Counted from the first letter of the stretch, positions 35,617 to 46,284 are shown. The stretch is DNA of 46,339 nt from an uncultured Gammaproteobacteria bacterium (GCA_964443785.1 CAYUER010000004.1:2234-48572), one strand, 5' to 3'. Numbers and translations: made by a program. The notes: generated from the sequence alone by a model not told the origin.

Positions 35617-37425
35617 TTAAGCCATGATAGCTTCAAATTCTTCTTTTTCAATAGTTTCTTTTTCAATCAAGTGAGCAACTATTTTTTCCATCTTATCTTT
35701 ATTTTCCTTGATGGTAGTTTCAGCAGTCTTTAAGGCATTTTTGATGTAGTGAGAAATTTCTTCATCAATGATTTCTGCTGTCTTTTCACTATAGTCACGG
35801 CGTTCATGTATTTCTTTGCCGAGGAAGATCATTTCTTCTTTTTCACCAAAGGTGCGTGGTCCTAGCTTGGGATCCATACCATACTGAGTCACTATTTGTC
35901 TGGCCATTTGAGTCACGCGCTTGAGATCATTGCTTGCGCCAGTGGTGACTTCATCGAAAAATATTTTTTCCGCTGCAAAGCCTCCAAGCAATACTGCCAT
36001 ATTATCGATAAAGTCAGAATAGCTAGTCATTTTTTTCTCTTCGTCTGGGAGATTGATAGTGTAGCCAGCTGCTCGTCCGCGAGAAATGATCGATACCTTG
36101 TGGACTGGATCAGAGTGGGGTAGGACATGAGAGATGAGAGCGTGTCCAGCCTCATGATAGGCAGTGATTTTTTTCTCTTTGTCTGACAAAATATGAGATT
36201 TTCTTTCGCGACCCAAGAGTACGCGCTCGATGGCATCCAAGACATCTTGGCCTTTGATTTTTTTCTCATTTCTTTTGGCAGCGACTATAGCTGCTTCATT
36301 CAAAAGGTTAGCAAGATCTGCTCCTGAAAACCCTGGAGTTCTTTGGGCGACTATTTTGAGATTGACATCTTCAGCTAGTGGTTTATTTTTGGCGTGTATT
36401 TTCAAAATTTCTTCACGGTCTTTGATATCTGGTAGATCGATCACTACTTGGCGATCAAAGCGTCCGGGCCTTAAGAGAGCTGGATCCAAAACATCTGGTC
36501 TATTGGTCGCAGCAATGACAATGATATTGGTTTGATTGTCAAAGCCGTCCATTTCGACAAGGATTTGGTTCAATGTTTGCTCTCTTTCATCGTGTGAGCC
36601 TCCTAGGCCAGCGCCACGCTGTCTACCGACAGCGTCTATCTCATCTATAAAGATCAGACAAGGGGCAGCCTTTTTGGCTCGCTTGAATAGATCACGGACA
36701 CGGGAAGCGCCTACACCAACAAACATCTCCACAAACTCTGAGCCAGAGATGTGAAAGAAGGGCACCTTGGCTTCACCAGCGACAGCGCGAGCTAGGAGAG
36801 TTTTGCCAGTGCCAGGAGAGCCGAGTAGTAAGACACCGCGGGGTATTTTGGCTCCGACATCGATGAATTTTTGAGGGTTGCGTAAGAAGTCAACTATTTC
36901 TTTGAGATCTTCTTTGGCTTCAGAAGCACCAGCCACATCACTAAAATTTACTTTGTTGTTTTGGGAGGCCATCTTGGCGCCAGATTGACCAAAAGACATG
37001 GCGCGGTTGTTGACACCTTGGACTTGGCGCATCATGAACCAGACCACAGCAATGATGATGATCAAAGGCAAGAGGTATGGTAAGAGTGCTAGCCACCAGA
37101 CGCCTTCACCGCTTTCATCTTTGACGCTGATATCGACAGCTGATATTTTTTCTGGGCTGACACCGTAGTTGTTCAAGAGATCGCTCAAGGGTTCATTGAT
37201 TTCTTTGTAGGCTACAGCCTTGGTATCATCTTTGAGAGTGATGTCTAGCTTGCTACCACTGACCGTGATATTTTTCACTTGATCAGTGTTTATTTGATTG
37301 ACCAATTTGGCTACACTGATTTCGGCAGTTTTTTGTTTGGAAGCATCAAAAAAACTAAAAATTCCCAACAATAAAAATAACAGCAGAAAAAATATAGCAA
37401 TATTTTTTATATTTTTATTCATCAC
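35617..37425 (-). CDS. ftsH: ATP-dependent zinc metalloprotease FtsH
   Basis: N-terminal TM pair, Walker A GSPGTGKT, Walker B IIFIDEID, second region of homology, and the zinc motif HEAGHA. Confidence 0.95.
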   Translation of the reverse strand: MMNKNIKNIAIFFLLLFLLLGIFSFFDASKQKTAEISVAKLVNQINTDQVKNITVSGSKLDITLKDDTKAVAYKEINEPLSDLLNNYGVSPEKISAVDISVKDESGEGVWWLALLPYLLPLIIIIAVVWFMMRQVQGVNNRAMSFGQSGAKMASQNNKVNFSDVAGASEAKEDLKEIVDFLRNPQKFIDVGAKIPRGVLLLGSPGTGKTLLARAVAGEAKVPFFHISGSEFVEMFVGVGASRVRDLFKRAKKAAPCLIFIDEIDAVGRQRGAGLGGSHDEREQTLNQILVEMDGFDNQTNIIVIAATNRPDVLDPALLRPGRFDRQVVIDLPDIKDREEILKIHAKNKPLAEDVNLKIVAQRTPGFSGADLANLLNEAAIVAAKRNEKKIKGQDVLDAIERVLLGRERKSHILSDKEKKITAYHEAGHALISHVLPHSDPVHKVSIISRGRAAGYTINLPDEEKKMTSYSDFIDNMAVLLGGFAAEKIFFDEVTTGASNDLKRVTQMARQIVTQYGMDPKLGPRTFGEKEEMIFLGKEIHERRDYSEKTAEIIDEEISHYIKNALKTAETTIKENKDKMEKIVAHLIEKETIEKEEFEAIMA

Positions 37426-37565
37426 AGATCTAAAAATTATTTATTTATAATATCAGCTACTGAGAAAATTATATTTATAATTTTAGAGTAGCATAACACT
37501 ATTTATTTTAGCACCAAAAGCCGATATTGTCCCGTTTGGTCCTGTTTTTGCCCAGGGGGCAATGT

Positions 37566-38762
37566 TTAGGCTTGGGTAGTTTCGACTGGAGTAGCTTCGC
37601 TTGACTCTTCTGTTTTGGTAGTTTCTACTTCAGTTTTTTCAGCTACTTTTTCTTCTTTGGCTTTTTTTGGTCCTTTGAGAGAGAGGCCGAGGCGGTGATT
37701 TTCTGGCTCAATGCTCAAGATAGTAAAATCATAGCTTTCACCAACTTTGATAGCAGCCTCAGGAGAATTGATTTTTTTGTCGCTCAATTCAGAAATGTGG
37801 ACCAAGCCATGGATATCGTGATCGAGCTCGACAAAAGCACCAAAAGGATTGACCTTCAAGACTTTGCCTTTGACCTTGTCGTTGATTTTGTATTTTTCTT
37901 GGACAGTGGTCCAGGGGTCTTTTTGCAATTTTTTGATAGAGAGAGAGATTTTGGTATCTTCTATTTCGATGATTTCAGCTTCGACGATATCACCGACCTT
38001 GATGATGTCGCGTGGGTCATCGATTCTTTGCCAAGCTAGCTCAGAGATATGGACCAAGCCCTCGAGGCCATCGCCAAATTCTACAAAAGCACCAAAGTTG
38101 ACCACGCCAGTGACCTTACCTTTGACTTTGTCACCGACTTTGAATTGAGAGACAACTTTTTTCTGCTTGTCATCCCAAGCAGCTTTTTCAGAGACAATCA
38201 ATTTTTCGTCTTTTTCATTGACATCAATGATTTTGGTTTTTAATAATTGATTGGTAAAACTTTTGAGGTGAGTCAATATTTTATTTTTATCACCACCTTC
38301 GATGCGAGGATAGTGCTCAATGGTCAATTGGGATACTGGTAAGAAACCAATGACATTGCCAATCTTGATCATCAAACCGCCTTTGTTGGCATCGATGACT
38401 TTGGAGTCAACAATTTTGCCTTCTTTGTATAATTTTTCCAAATTGTCCCAAGCTTTTTTGTGGCCAGCTTCACGCAAGGATAGTTCCATGTAGCCATTTT
38501 CATTGTCTAGGCCCACCACGGTAGCTTGCGCTACATCGCCAATTTTTAAATTAGAAAACTCAGTAGACTCATCGTAGATTTCGCGACCACGAATAATACC
38601 GGTAGTAATACCGGCTAAGTCTAGATAAATCTCATTTTTAGAGATGCTGATTACAGTACCTTCTACCAAGTCGCCAATTTTAGGAACTTTGATAGCGTCA
38701 GTTTGCTGCAACAAAAGATCCATTGGGTGGTCAGAAGTTGCTGTAGGTTTTTTGCTTGTCAT
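37566..38762 (-). CDS. rpsA: 30S ribosomal protein S1 (four S1 domains)
   Basis: Repeated G..V.G.V......G.FV.......G..HISEL OB-fold units and an acidic/Thr-rich C-terminal tail. Confidence 0.85.
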   Translation of the reverse strand: MTSKKPTATSDHPMDLLLQQTDAIKVPKIGDLVEGTVISISKNEIYLDLAGITTGIIRGREIYDESTEFSNLKIGDVAQATVVGLDNENGYMELSLREAGHKKAWDNLEKLYKEGKIVDSKVIDANKGGLMIKIGNVIGFLPVSQLTIEHYPRIEGGDKNKILTHLKSFTNQLLKTKIIDVNEKDEKLIVSEKAAWDDKQKKVVSQFKVGDKVKGKVTGVVNFGAFVEFGDGLEGLVHISELAWQRIDDPRDIIKVGDIVEAEIIEIEDTKISLSIKKLQKDPWTTVQEKYKINDKVKGKVLKVNPFGAFVELDHDIHGLVHISELSDKKINSPEAAIKVGESYDFTILSIEPENHRLGLSLKGPKKAKEEKVAEKTEVETTKTEESSEATPVETTQA

Positions 38763-38867
38763 TTAATTATTAATTTGTTAACCCGTGGCTTGAAAAGCCG
38801 CAAGTTCTTGAAAGGCCAGCAAAATTCGACCCCTCAAGATGCTTATTAAATAAAATTAAGTTGCTTT

Positions 38868-38896
38868 ATATTAACATAAACCTTTAAAAAAATCAA
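38868..38896 (-). promoter_or_regulatory. sigma70-type promoter of rpsA, giving a ~100-nt structured leader
   Basis: Minus strand reads TTGATT (38891-38896), a 17-nt spacer, then TGtTAATAT (-10 box at 38868-38873). Confidence 0.5.
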
Positions 38897-39144
38897 GGGG
38901 TGTCCATAGGCGCGCCCAAGTAGCTTTTTTGTCTGCAAAAAGGCTTATTTTTAGTCATTTTTTGAGTTTATCCCAGCTAGAGAATTAAAAATTTATGGGT
39001 CTTATTTTAAAGTAAAATTTTTGATGAGAAAATTCATTTTTTGCCCAATTTTTAAGGCTAATATGATTCTCTAACGGGATTTACTTTTATCAAAAATCAT
39101 GTTAAAATTAGGATGATTTAATAAGATTAATTTGGTAAAAATCT

Positions 39145-39750
39145 ATGTATATTTCATGGTCTGGCTATAACTATTTTAAGATCCAAAATAGTCAGCATAG
39201 TATTGTTTTGAATCCCTATGCCTTGGACAAGAATTTTAAATATGGCAAAGTCAAAGGCGACATTGCTATCTTTACTGATCCCCAAAAAATCACTGACTGC
39301 AAGCTCGACGAAGAAGTCATGCTGATCGATAGTGCTGGTGAATACGAAACCAAGGATATTTTTGTTTATGGTCGTCAGACCAACGGTCATCTGATTTATT
39401 TGATTATTTTTGAAGATGTGCGTATTGCTTTTTTGGGTGAGCACAGCGGTCAAGCACTGACAGACAAAGATTTAGAGCTCGTGGAGGGGGCAGATATTTT
39501 GATCTTGCCAGTCGGTGGCAATGAGCTAGCTAACGCTAAGCAAGCCAATAGCTTGATTGGCCAGATTGAGCCACGCCTAGTCATACCAAGTGGCTACGAA
39601 GTCAAAGAGCTTAAAAACAAAGCAGACTCCCTAGATATCTTTGTCAAAGAGTTTGGCGTCAAAGTAGAGGAGCATGACAAATTCAAAATTAGCGCCAAAG
39701 ACTTGCCGCAGGATGATGTAAAACTGATAGTACTCAAACCACAATTATAA
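39145..39750 (+). CDS. MBL-fold (Lactamase_B_3/UPF0173-like) protein lacking the HxHxDH metal motif
   Basis: The N-terminus ISWSGYNYFKIQ...IVLNPY resembles the ITWLGHS.F.I....I.IDP pattern. At the expected HxHxDH position the sequence is IAIFTDPQKITD. Confidence 0.5.
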   Translation: MYISWSGYNYFKIQNSQHSIVLNPYALDKNFKYGKVKGDIAIFTDPQKITDCKLDEEVMLIDSAGEYETKDIFVYGRQTNGHLIYLIIFEDVRIAFLGEHSGQALTDKDLELVEGADILILPVGGNELANAKQANSLIGQIEPRLVIPSGYEVKELKNKADSLDIFVKEFGVKVEEHDKFKISAKDLPQDDVKLIVLKPQL

Positions 39751-39752
39751 TT

Positions 39753-40106
39753 ATGATTATTTTACACCAAAACAAAAATAAAATTTATTTAGCGTATTTT
39801 TTCACTTTAGTTTTTTTTGTTGGTCTACTTCTAGCCTGGCAAAAGCTCAGCCCCAGCTCACAGGCTGCTAGTCAGCCAACTGAGCAGTCTCTGGCCTCAA
39901 TAGTAGAGGTAGATATGCTATCTGATGTCAAAGCTGGTCTAGAGCTAGCCAAGCTACAGTGGGACGATATGCAGGATCAGATAGCCAAAGCCGAGCAACA
40001 GGAAAAGCTATTAGCTAGCGCTCAAGCATTTTTAAATAGTAAATCATCGACAACGCCGACTAGTACGACGCAATCGTCTAGTACTGCCACTACAAGTATT
40101 AAATAG
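39753..40106 (+). CDS. hypothetical membrane-anchored protein with a Ser/Thr-rich tail (117 aa)
   Basis: Single N-terminal TM segment, a short coiled region and an [17 protein letters not shown] tail. It is tightly packed between neighbours (2-nt and 4-nt gaps). Confidence 0.5.
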   Translation: MIILHQNKNKIYLAYFFTLVFFVGLLLAWQKLSPSSQAASQPTEQSLASIVEVDMLSDVKAGLELAKLQWDDMQDQIAKAEQQEKLLASAQAFLNSKSSTTPTSTTQSSSTATTSIK

Positions 40107-40110
40107 TTTT

Positions 40111-42627
40111 ATGCCAAAAGTAAAATCAAATTCTCCCAAAGAAAAAAATTCTGACGAAAAGAAATTAGACCCAGCTATCAGCGACAACAATCGTGGTCGA
40201 GTAGAGTCTTTGTCTCTAGCCGAAGAAATGCAAAGCTCCTACTTAGACTATGCTATGAGTGTCATCGTCTCTCGTGCCTTGCCTGATGTGCGTGATGGTT
40301 TGAAGCCAGTGCATCGTCGCATTCTCTATGCTATGTGGAGCGTCGGCCTCAAGCACAATGTCAAATTCAGAAAATCAGCGACCGTAGTCGGTGAAGTGAT
40401 GGGTAAATACCATCCCCATGGTGACTCAGCTATTTATGACACTATGGTGCGCATGGCCCAAGACTTTGCGATGCGCTACACCCTAGTCAATGGCCAAGGA
40501 AACTTTGGCTCCATGGATGGTGATGGTGCAGCGGCCATGCGCTACACTGAGGCCAAGCTGCAAGCTCTAGCTGAAGAGTTGATGCTTGATATTGATAAAA
40601 ATACTGTTGATTTTGTACCAAACTATGACGGTTCGCATCAAGAGCCAAAAGTTTTGCCAGCCAAATTGCCCAATCTTTTGCTCAATGGCGCTACAGGTAT
40701 TGCTGTCGGTATGTCGACCTCGATACCACCACACAATCTAGGTGAATTGATCGATGCTACTACAGCCATTATCGACAATCCCGACACTAGCATTGATGAA
40801 CTTTTGGAGTTTGTCAAAGGACCTGACTATCCGACTGGCGGTGTGATCTATAGCGCTGAAGACATCAAGACGGTCTATGCTACTGGTCGTGGCGGTATTG
40901 TCTGTCGTGGTGAAGCAGAGATCACTGAGACCAAGGCTGGTCAATATCAGATCATCATCACTTCTATACCTTTTCAGGTCAACAAGGCGACCCTACTAGA
41001 AAAAATCGCCCTCTTGGTCAAAGATAAAAAAATCGATGGCATCAGAGATTTGCGCGACGAATCAGATAGGCATGGTGTACGTGTAGTGATCGAGCTCAAG
41101 AAAGAAGCCTATCCCAAAAAAGTTTTAAACAATCTTTATAAGTACACTCAGCTGCAAGAAACTTTTCATGTCAACATGTTGGCTCTAGTTGATGGTTTGC
41201 AGCCAAGAGTCTTGACTCTCAAGAGTATTCTCGAAGAATACATCAAGCATCGTCAGGTAGTAGTGGTCCGTCGTACGCAGTATGACTTGGATAAGGCCAA
41301 AGATAGAGCCCATATTTTGGAGGGCTTGAATATTGCTCTGGATAAGATCGACATGGTCATCAAGACTATCCGTGCCTCCAAAGATAAAGAAGTAGCCAAA
41401 GTCAACTTGATGACCAAGTTCAAGCTGTCTGAAAGACAGTCGCTGGCTATCTTGGAAATGCGTTTGCAAAACTTGGCCAATCTCGAGAGACTAAAGATCG
41501 AGCAAGAATTGAAAGACAAACTCAAGCTCATCAAAGAGTTGACCGCTATTTTGAATAGCAAATCCAAAGTCTTATCTATCATCAAGGATGAGCTCAAAGA
41601 TTTGCGCGATCGCTTTGCTGATGAGCGTCGTACTCGCGTGGTCAAGTCCGCCGTCAACAAGATGAATACCGAAGATTTGATCCCCAATGAATCTACTGTC
41701 ATCACCCTGACACATGATGGCTATATCAAGCGTTTGTCGCCAGAGATTTTCAAGACTCAAGGGCGCGGTGGCAAGGGAGTGATTGGTCTGACTACCAAGG
41801 AGCAAGATGAGGTGCAATTATTCTTGGCTACCAACACTCATGCTGACTTGATGTTTTTCACGACCAAGGGTAGAGCCTTTCAGCTCAAGGCCTACGAAGT
41901 GCCAGCCATGTCTCGTACCTCCAAAGGACAAAATATCGTCAATTTTCTCCAGCTCTCTCCGGAAGAAAAAATTTCCTCTATTTTGCAGAGTGAAGATTTC
42001 AGTGCTTTCAAATATTTTGTCATGGTCACTCGTCTAGGTATCATCAAAAAAGTAGCCTTGGATCAGTTTAGCAATGTCCGCCGTTCAGGCCTGATCGCTA
42101 TCAAGCTAAAAGGCGACGATGCTTTGAATTGGGTCCAGCCATCGACTGGCAAGGATGACATCATCCTAGTGACAGCCAATGGCCAGTCTATCCGTTTCAA
42201 AGAAAAAGATGTGCGTGATATGGGACGCAATGCCGCTGGTGTGCGCTCAGTACGCTTAAAGAAAAATGATGAAGTAGTCGGTTTTGATATCATACCAGAG
42301 GGTAAGGCGGGCAAGGACGAACAGCTCTTTGTCATCATGCACAATGGTTTTGGTAAGCGCACAGCCTTGTCTGCCTACAAAGTCCAAGGACGCGGTGGCT
42401 CAGGCATCAAGACTGCGCAAATCACTGCCAAGACAGGCACTATAGCTGGCGCTCGCATTATCAGTGCGCGAGCAGAAAATGAAGATATCATCATCATCTC
42501 CAAAAAAGGTCAAGTCATCAGACTGCCTATAAAATCAGTCAGTATCCTAGGACGCGCTACCCAAGGTGTGCGTTTGATGCGCTTCAAAGATGCTGATGAC
42601 AAAGTGTCAAACATTACTTTTATCTAA
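40111..42627 (+). CDS. gyrA: DNA gyrase subunit A
   Basis: [22 protein letters not shown], the catalytic-Tyr context AAMRYTE, and C-terminal beta-pinwheel repeats containing a QGRGGKG GyrA-box-like motif. Confidence 0.95.
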   Translation: MPKVKSNSPKEKNSDEKKLDPAISDNNRGRVESLSLAEEMQSSYLDYAMSVIVSRALPDVRDGLKPVHRRILYAMWSVGLKHNVKFRKSATVVGEVMGKYHPHGDSAIYDTMVRMAQDFAMRYTLVNGQGNFGSMDGDGAAAMRYTEAKLQALAEELMLDIDKNTVDFVPNYDGSHQEPKVLPAKLPNLLLNGATGIAVGMSTSIPPHNLGELIDATTAIIDNPDTSIDELLEFVKGPDYPTGGVIYSAEDIKTVYATGRGGIVCRGEAEITETKAGQYQIIITSIPFQVNKATLLEKIALLVKDKKIDGIRDLRDESDRHGVRVVIELKKEAYPKKVLNNLYKYTQLQETFHVNMLALVDGLQPRVLTLKSILEEYIKHRQVVVVRRTQYDLDKAKDRAHILEGLNIALDKIDMVIKTIRASKDKEVAKVNLMTKFKLSERQSLAILEMRLQNLANLERLKIEQELKDKLKLIKELTAILNSKSKVLSIIKDELKDLRDRFADERRTRVVKSAVNKMNTEDLIPNESTVITLTHDGYIKRLSPEIFKTQGRGGKGVIGLTTKEQDEVQLFLATNTHADLMFFTTKGRAFQLKAYEVPAMSRTSKGQNIVNFLQLSPEEKISSILQSEDFSAFKYFVMVTRLGIIKKVALDQFSNVRRSGLIAIKLKGDDALNWVQPSTGKDDIILVTANGQSIRFKEKDVRDMGRNAAGVRSVRLKKNDEVVGFDIIPEGKAGKDEQLFVIMHNGFGKRTALSAYKVQGRGGSGIKTAQITAKTGTIAGARIISARAENEDIIIISKKGQVIRLPIKSVSILGRATQGVRLMRFKDADDKVSNITFI

Positions 42628-42649
42628 TTTAGCTACTAGCTAAGACTTC

Positions 42650-43663
42650 ATGAGCGACAGAATAATATCAGCGGTAGAGCAGAGCTCTGACAAAGTGCTG
42701 GATCTGACTTTACGGCCACAAAGTTTGCAGGACTACATCGGCCAGAGTCAGGTCAAGGCCAATCTTGATATTGTCCTCCAAGCTGCCAAAGGTAGGGGCG
42801 AGCCACTAGATCATGTCTTGCTCTATGGTCCTCCTGGCTTGGGTAAGACTACCTTGGCTCATATCATTGCCAAGGAGATGGGTGCTGGTATCAAGGTCAC
42901 CTCAGGGCCTGCCATCACCAAAGCTGGTGACCTGGCAGCGGTGATCACTAATCTCCAACCCGGAGATGTCCTATTCATTGACGAGATCCATCGTCTCAAC
43001 AAAACTATCGAAGAAATACTTTATCCAGCCATGGAGGATTTTGCTTTGGATATCATCTTGGGTAAGGGGCCATCTGCTCAGATTTTGAGACTAGATTTGC
43101 CAAAGTTTACTTTGATTGGCGCTACTACTAGATACAATCTTTTGTCTTCACCACTCCGCGATAGATTTGGTATGACTTTTCGCTTGGATTTTTATAATCC
43201 TGAGGAGCTATCAGATATCTTGAAGCGTTCGGCTCATATCTTGGGAGTAGAGACTGCGCCAGCAGCCAGAGCCGAGATTGCCTCCCGTAGTCGAGCTACG
43301 CCGCGTATTGCCAATCGCGTCTTGAAGCGTGTCCGCGACTACGCTCAAGTAAAAGCTGATGGCAATATCTCGCTCGACCTGACCAAAAAATCTCTAGACC
43401 TGATGGCCATAGACCAATATGGCTTGGATGATCTCGATCGCAGGCTGCTGAAAGTAATAATTGATAATTTCAAAGGCGGACCAGTGGGCCTCAATACCTT
43501 AGCGGCTGCTGTCCAAGAAGAGGCTGGTACTATAGAAGAGATCATTGAGCCCTACTTGATGCAGCTTGGGTTTTTAGCCCGTACTGCCAAAGGCCGCGTG
43601 GCTACACCCAGGACCTATGAATATTTTGGACTGAAAGCGCCAGAGGACGGGAAGTTGTTTTAG
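42650..43663 (+). CDS. ruvB: Holliday junction branch migration helicase RuvB
   Basis: [12 protein letters not shown], Walker [10 protein letters not shown], Walker [10 protein letters not shown] and the sensor TTR. Confidence 0.95.
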   Translation: MSDRIISAVEQSSDKVLDLTLRPQSLQDYIGQSQVKANLDIVLQAAKGRGEPLDHVLLYGPPGLGKTTLAHIIAKEMGAGIKVTSGPAITKAGDLAAVITNLQPGDVLFIDEIHRLNKTIEEILYPAMEDFALDIILGKGPSAQILRLDLPKFTLIGATTRYNLLSSPLRDRFGMTFRLDFYNPEELSDILKRSAHILGVETAPAARAEIASRSRATPRIANRVLKRVRDYAQVKADGNISLDLTKKSLDLMAIDQYGLDDLDRRLLKVIIDNFKGGPVGLNTLAAAVQEEAGTIEEIIEPYLMQLGFLARTAKGRVATPRTYEYFGLKAPEDGKLF

Positions 43664-43681
43664 TGGTTAATTATATAAATA

Positions 43682-44275
43682 ATGCAGTATGTAGTTTTTT
43701 TAGGAGCAATTGCCAACATAGCTGGTGTCTATGTCTATATCAAGCAGACTTTAAAAGGTGAGACTAAGCCAAATCGAGTCACTTGGCTAATGTGGTCAAT
43801 AGCCCCACTAATTGCTACGGTGGCAGCGTGGTCAGATGGAGTGCGTTTAGCAACCTTGCCAGTTTTCATGGCGGGCTTTGCGCCATTGTTGGTTTTTGTT
43901 GCCTCGTTCATTAATAAAAAGGCTTATTGGAAACTAGAAAAATTTGATTATATTTGTGGCGGTTTATCTATTTTAGCTTTGATTCTGTGGGCCATCACCA
44001 AGCAGCCTTTAGTAGCAATTATTTTTGCCATTGCTAGTGATTTATTTGCGGCTGTTCCAACATTGATCAAGTGCTGGAAGTATCCGGAGACAGAATCCAT
44101 AGAAGCTTATACCACTGGGACATTCAATGCTGTGACTAGTTTTTTTGCTTTAAAAACTTTTGGCGCGTCAGAATTATTGTTTCCCATCTATTTAGTAGTA
44201 ATAAATTTTTCATTAGCAATAACTGTTTATAGGGGAAATATTTTACATAAAAAATTGAGTAGTAAAGTTATTTAA
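43682..44275 (+). CDS. hypothetical polytopic membrane protein (197 aa)
   Basis: About 6 hydrophobic helices and an N-terminal Y.YIKQTLKGETKPNRVTWLMW motif. I recognise no family. Confidence 0.55.
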   Translation: MQYVVFLGAIANIAGVYVYIKQTLKGETKPNRVTWLMWSIAPLIATVAAWSDGVRLATLPVFMAGFAPLLVFVASFINKKAYWKLEKFDYICGGLSILALILWAITKQPLVAIIFAIASDLFAAVPTLIKCWKYPETESIEAYTTGTFNAVTSFFALKTFGASELLFPIYLVVINFSLAITVYRGNILHKKLSSKVI

Positions 44276-44279
44276 AAAT

Positions 44280-44633
44280 ATGTCTTTTGAAAATATACCT
44301 AGTGACATTAACTATAAAGAATTATTAGACTTTAAAAAGGTTGATATCAATGGTGTTCCAAGCGGTACTTGGTGTTTTGTGGTTAGTGAAAATTATACTA
44401 TTTTTTTAACAGCCTCTACGCATAAAAATTTATTTGATTCTTGTGGGGTCGATCCCGAAAAAACATTGACTGAGGGTTACGTGAAGTTTGATCTTGAACA
44501 TAAAGTACAGGATGTTGATTTTAAAAATTCTTGGTATCAATCTACACCAGGATTTAAAGGGTCGTCAGAAGATTTGCAAAAATTACAAAAAGCTATTGAC
44601 GAAATGATTAGGGAAAAATTAGCCAGGAAATAA
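44280..44633 (+). CDS. hypothetical protein (117 aa)
   Basis: ORF tightly packed between neighbours (4-nt gaps). No recognisable motif. Confidence 0.45.
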   Translation: MSFENIPSDINYKELLDFKKVDINGVPSGTWCFVVSENYTIFLTASTHKNLFDSCGVDPEKTLTEGYVKFDLEHKVQDVDFKNSWYQSTPGFKGSSEDLQKLQKAIDEMIREKLARK

Positions 44634-44637
44634 AAAG

Positions 44638-45174
44638 ATGAAACCTAAGCTTCTCCTGCACACCTGTTGCGCGCCCTGCTCAATCTATGTTTTACAAAAA
44701 TTGTCAGCTGGCTATCAGGTGACAATTTATTTTTACGATCCCAATATTCACCCACGCTTAGAGTATAACAAGCGTCGTGATGAGTTGAAAAAATACTCAG
44801 AAAAATTGCAAATAGATTTTATAGAGGGTCCTTATGATAGTGCCAACTGGCTTGATAAAACAAAAGGCCTAGAACATGAGCCAGAAAAAGGTAAAAGGTG
44901 TGAGGTTTGTTTTGATATCCGTTTAGCAGAATCAGCCCGCTATGCCAAGGAACAAGGTTTTGACTATTGGACTACAGTCTTATCAATCAGCCCCCACAAG
45001 AGTGCTGAGCAGATCAATCGCATTGGCGTGAGGATTGCTGATATTGTGGGCTTGCCATTTATCACAGCTGATTGGAAGAAAAATGAGGGCTTCAAAATAG
45101 CTAGTCAGCTATCAAAAGAAGAGGGTTTTTATAGACAGGATTATTGTGGGTGTATTTACTCACAGAAAAATTAA
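44638..45174 (+). CDS. queH: epoxyqueuosine reductase QueH (DUF208)
   Basis: LLHTCCAPCS, C..C (RCEVC) and a C-terminal YRQDYCGC cysteine pattern. Confidence 0.8.
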   Translation: MKPKLLLHTCCAPCSIYVLQKLSAGYQVTIYFYDPNIHPRLEYNKRRDELKKYSEKLQIDFIEGPYDSANWLDKTKGLEHEPEKGKRCEVCFDIRLAESARYAKEQGFDYWTTVLSISPHKSAEQINRIGVRIADIVGLPFITADWKKNEGFKIASQLSKEEGFYRQDYCGCIYSQKN

Positions 45175-45176
45175 CA

Positions 45177-45231
45177 CCCCCTCTCTTTCTCCCCCTAATT
45201 TAGGGGGAGATGTCCGGTAGGACAGAGGGGG
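45177..45231 (+). ncRNA. candidate cis-regulatory RNA (three-way junction) sequestering the queA ribosome-binding site
   Basis: Outer stem CCCCCTCT (45177-45184) pairs AGAGGGGG (45224-45231). The inner 10-bp hairpin is TCTCCCCCTA-ATT-TAGGGGGAGA (45188-45210) and the second hairpin is GTCC-GGTA-GGAC (45212-45223). The 3' strand of the outer stem is the only SD-like element and sits 10 nt before the queA ATG. Confidence 0.4.
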
Positions 45232-45241
45232 TAAGAAATAT

Positions 45242-46279
45242 ATGAACATAAAATTATTTTATTATCATTTACCAACTGAGCTTATTGCTCAAAAGCCTAT
45301 CAGTCCGCGTGATCATTCACGCTTGTTTGTTTTTGATCGAATAAGTAAAAAAATACAACATAAGCATTTTTATGACTTAGCTGATATGCTAGGGAATGAT
45401 GATGTCTTGGTGCTCAATGAAACTAAAGTTTTTCCAGCCAGACTCAAAGCCAAGAAAAAAACTGGTGGTGTTTTAGAAATATTTTTGTTGCAAGAAATAG
45501 CTGTGAATAGCTACCAGGTGATGGTCGGCGGTCGGCGCTTTAGTGTCGGCGACCAAATAGATTTTGCTAGGAATTTTTCAGCTCACTTCATAAAACAAGA
45601 AAAAGATAATATTTGGCAAATCAAGTTCAATGTCTCTGGGCGGACCTTGGACAAAAAAATAGAGCAGTATGGGCAGACGCCTTTGCCTCCATACATCAAA
45701 GCCAAAGATACTAGGGCTGTCCGCCAGCGTTACCAGACTACCTATGCCAAAAACAGAGGCTCGGTAGCGGCGCCGACCGCCGGACTACATTTTACTCCTC
45801 AACTTCTAAAAAAATTGCAGAAAAAAGGTGTGCAAATTTTCAAAGTCACCCTCCATGTTGGCCTTGGTACCTTTGCGCCAGTGACTGCTACAGATATTAC
45901 TCAGCATCATATTCACAAAGAGTGGGTAGAGATAGATCAACGGACTGCCAAGGCTTTGAATGATCTAAAAAAACAAGGTAAAAATATTATTGCTGTCGGT
46001 ACTACTACAGCTCGTAGCCTAGAAGCTATGAGTGATGCCAGTGGCCAGCTCAAGAGTGGCAAAAGTTGGGTGGATATTTATATTTATCCTGGATACAAGT
46101 ATCGTTTTGTCGATGAATTGATTACTAACTTTCATTTGCCAAAAAGTTCGCTACTATTTATGGTCTCGGCTTTAGCTGGTCGGCAGGCGATCATGGATTG
46201 CTATCATTTGGCTGTCCAGAAAAAGTATCGTTTCTTTTCTTTTGGTGATGCGATGTTTGTTACCAAAAATCGTCTCTAA
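45242..46279 (+). CDS. queA: S-adenosylmethionine:tRNA ribosyltransferase-isomerase
   Basis: F.Y.LP.ELIAQ.P...RD.SRL, LPPYI, YQT.YA...GSVAAPTAGLHFT, VTLHVGLGTF.PV, AVGTT..R.LE and F.SFGDAM blocks. Confidence 0.95.
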   Translation: MNIKLFYYHLPTELIAQKPISPRDHSRLFVFDRISKKIQHKHFYDLADMLGNDDVLVLNETKVFPARLKAKKKTGGVLEIFLLQEIAVNSYQVMVGGRRFSVGDQIDFARNFSAHFIKQEKDNIWQIKFNVSGRTLDKKIEQYGQTPLPPYIKAKDTRAVRQRYQTTYAKNRGSVAAPTAGLHFTPQLLKKLQKKGVQIFKVTLHVGLGTFAPVTATDITQHHIHKEWVEIDQRTAKALNDLKKQGKNIIAVGTTTARSLEAMSDASGQLKSGKSWVDIYIYPGYKYRFVDELITNFHLPKSSLLFMVSALAGRQAIMDCYHLAVQKKYRFFSFGDAMFVTKNRL

Positions 46280-46284
46280 AAAAC

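Noticed and set aside
45177-45231. Assignment of the queH-queA structure to a known preQ1-I, preQ1-II or preQ1-III riboswitch class
   Set aside because: It lacks the short hairpin plus A-rich tail of preQ1-I, and I could not recognise a preQ1-II or preQ1-III pseudoknot consensus. It is kept only as an unclassified candidate element.
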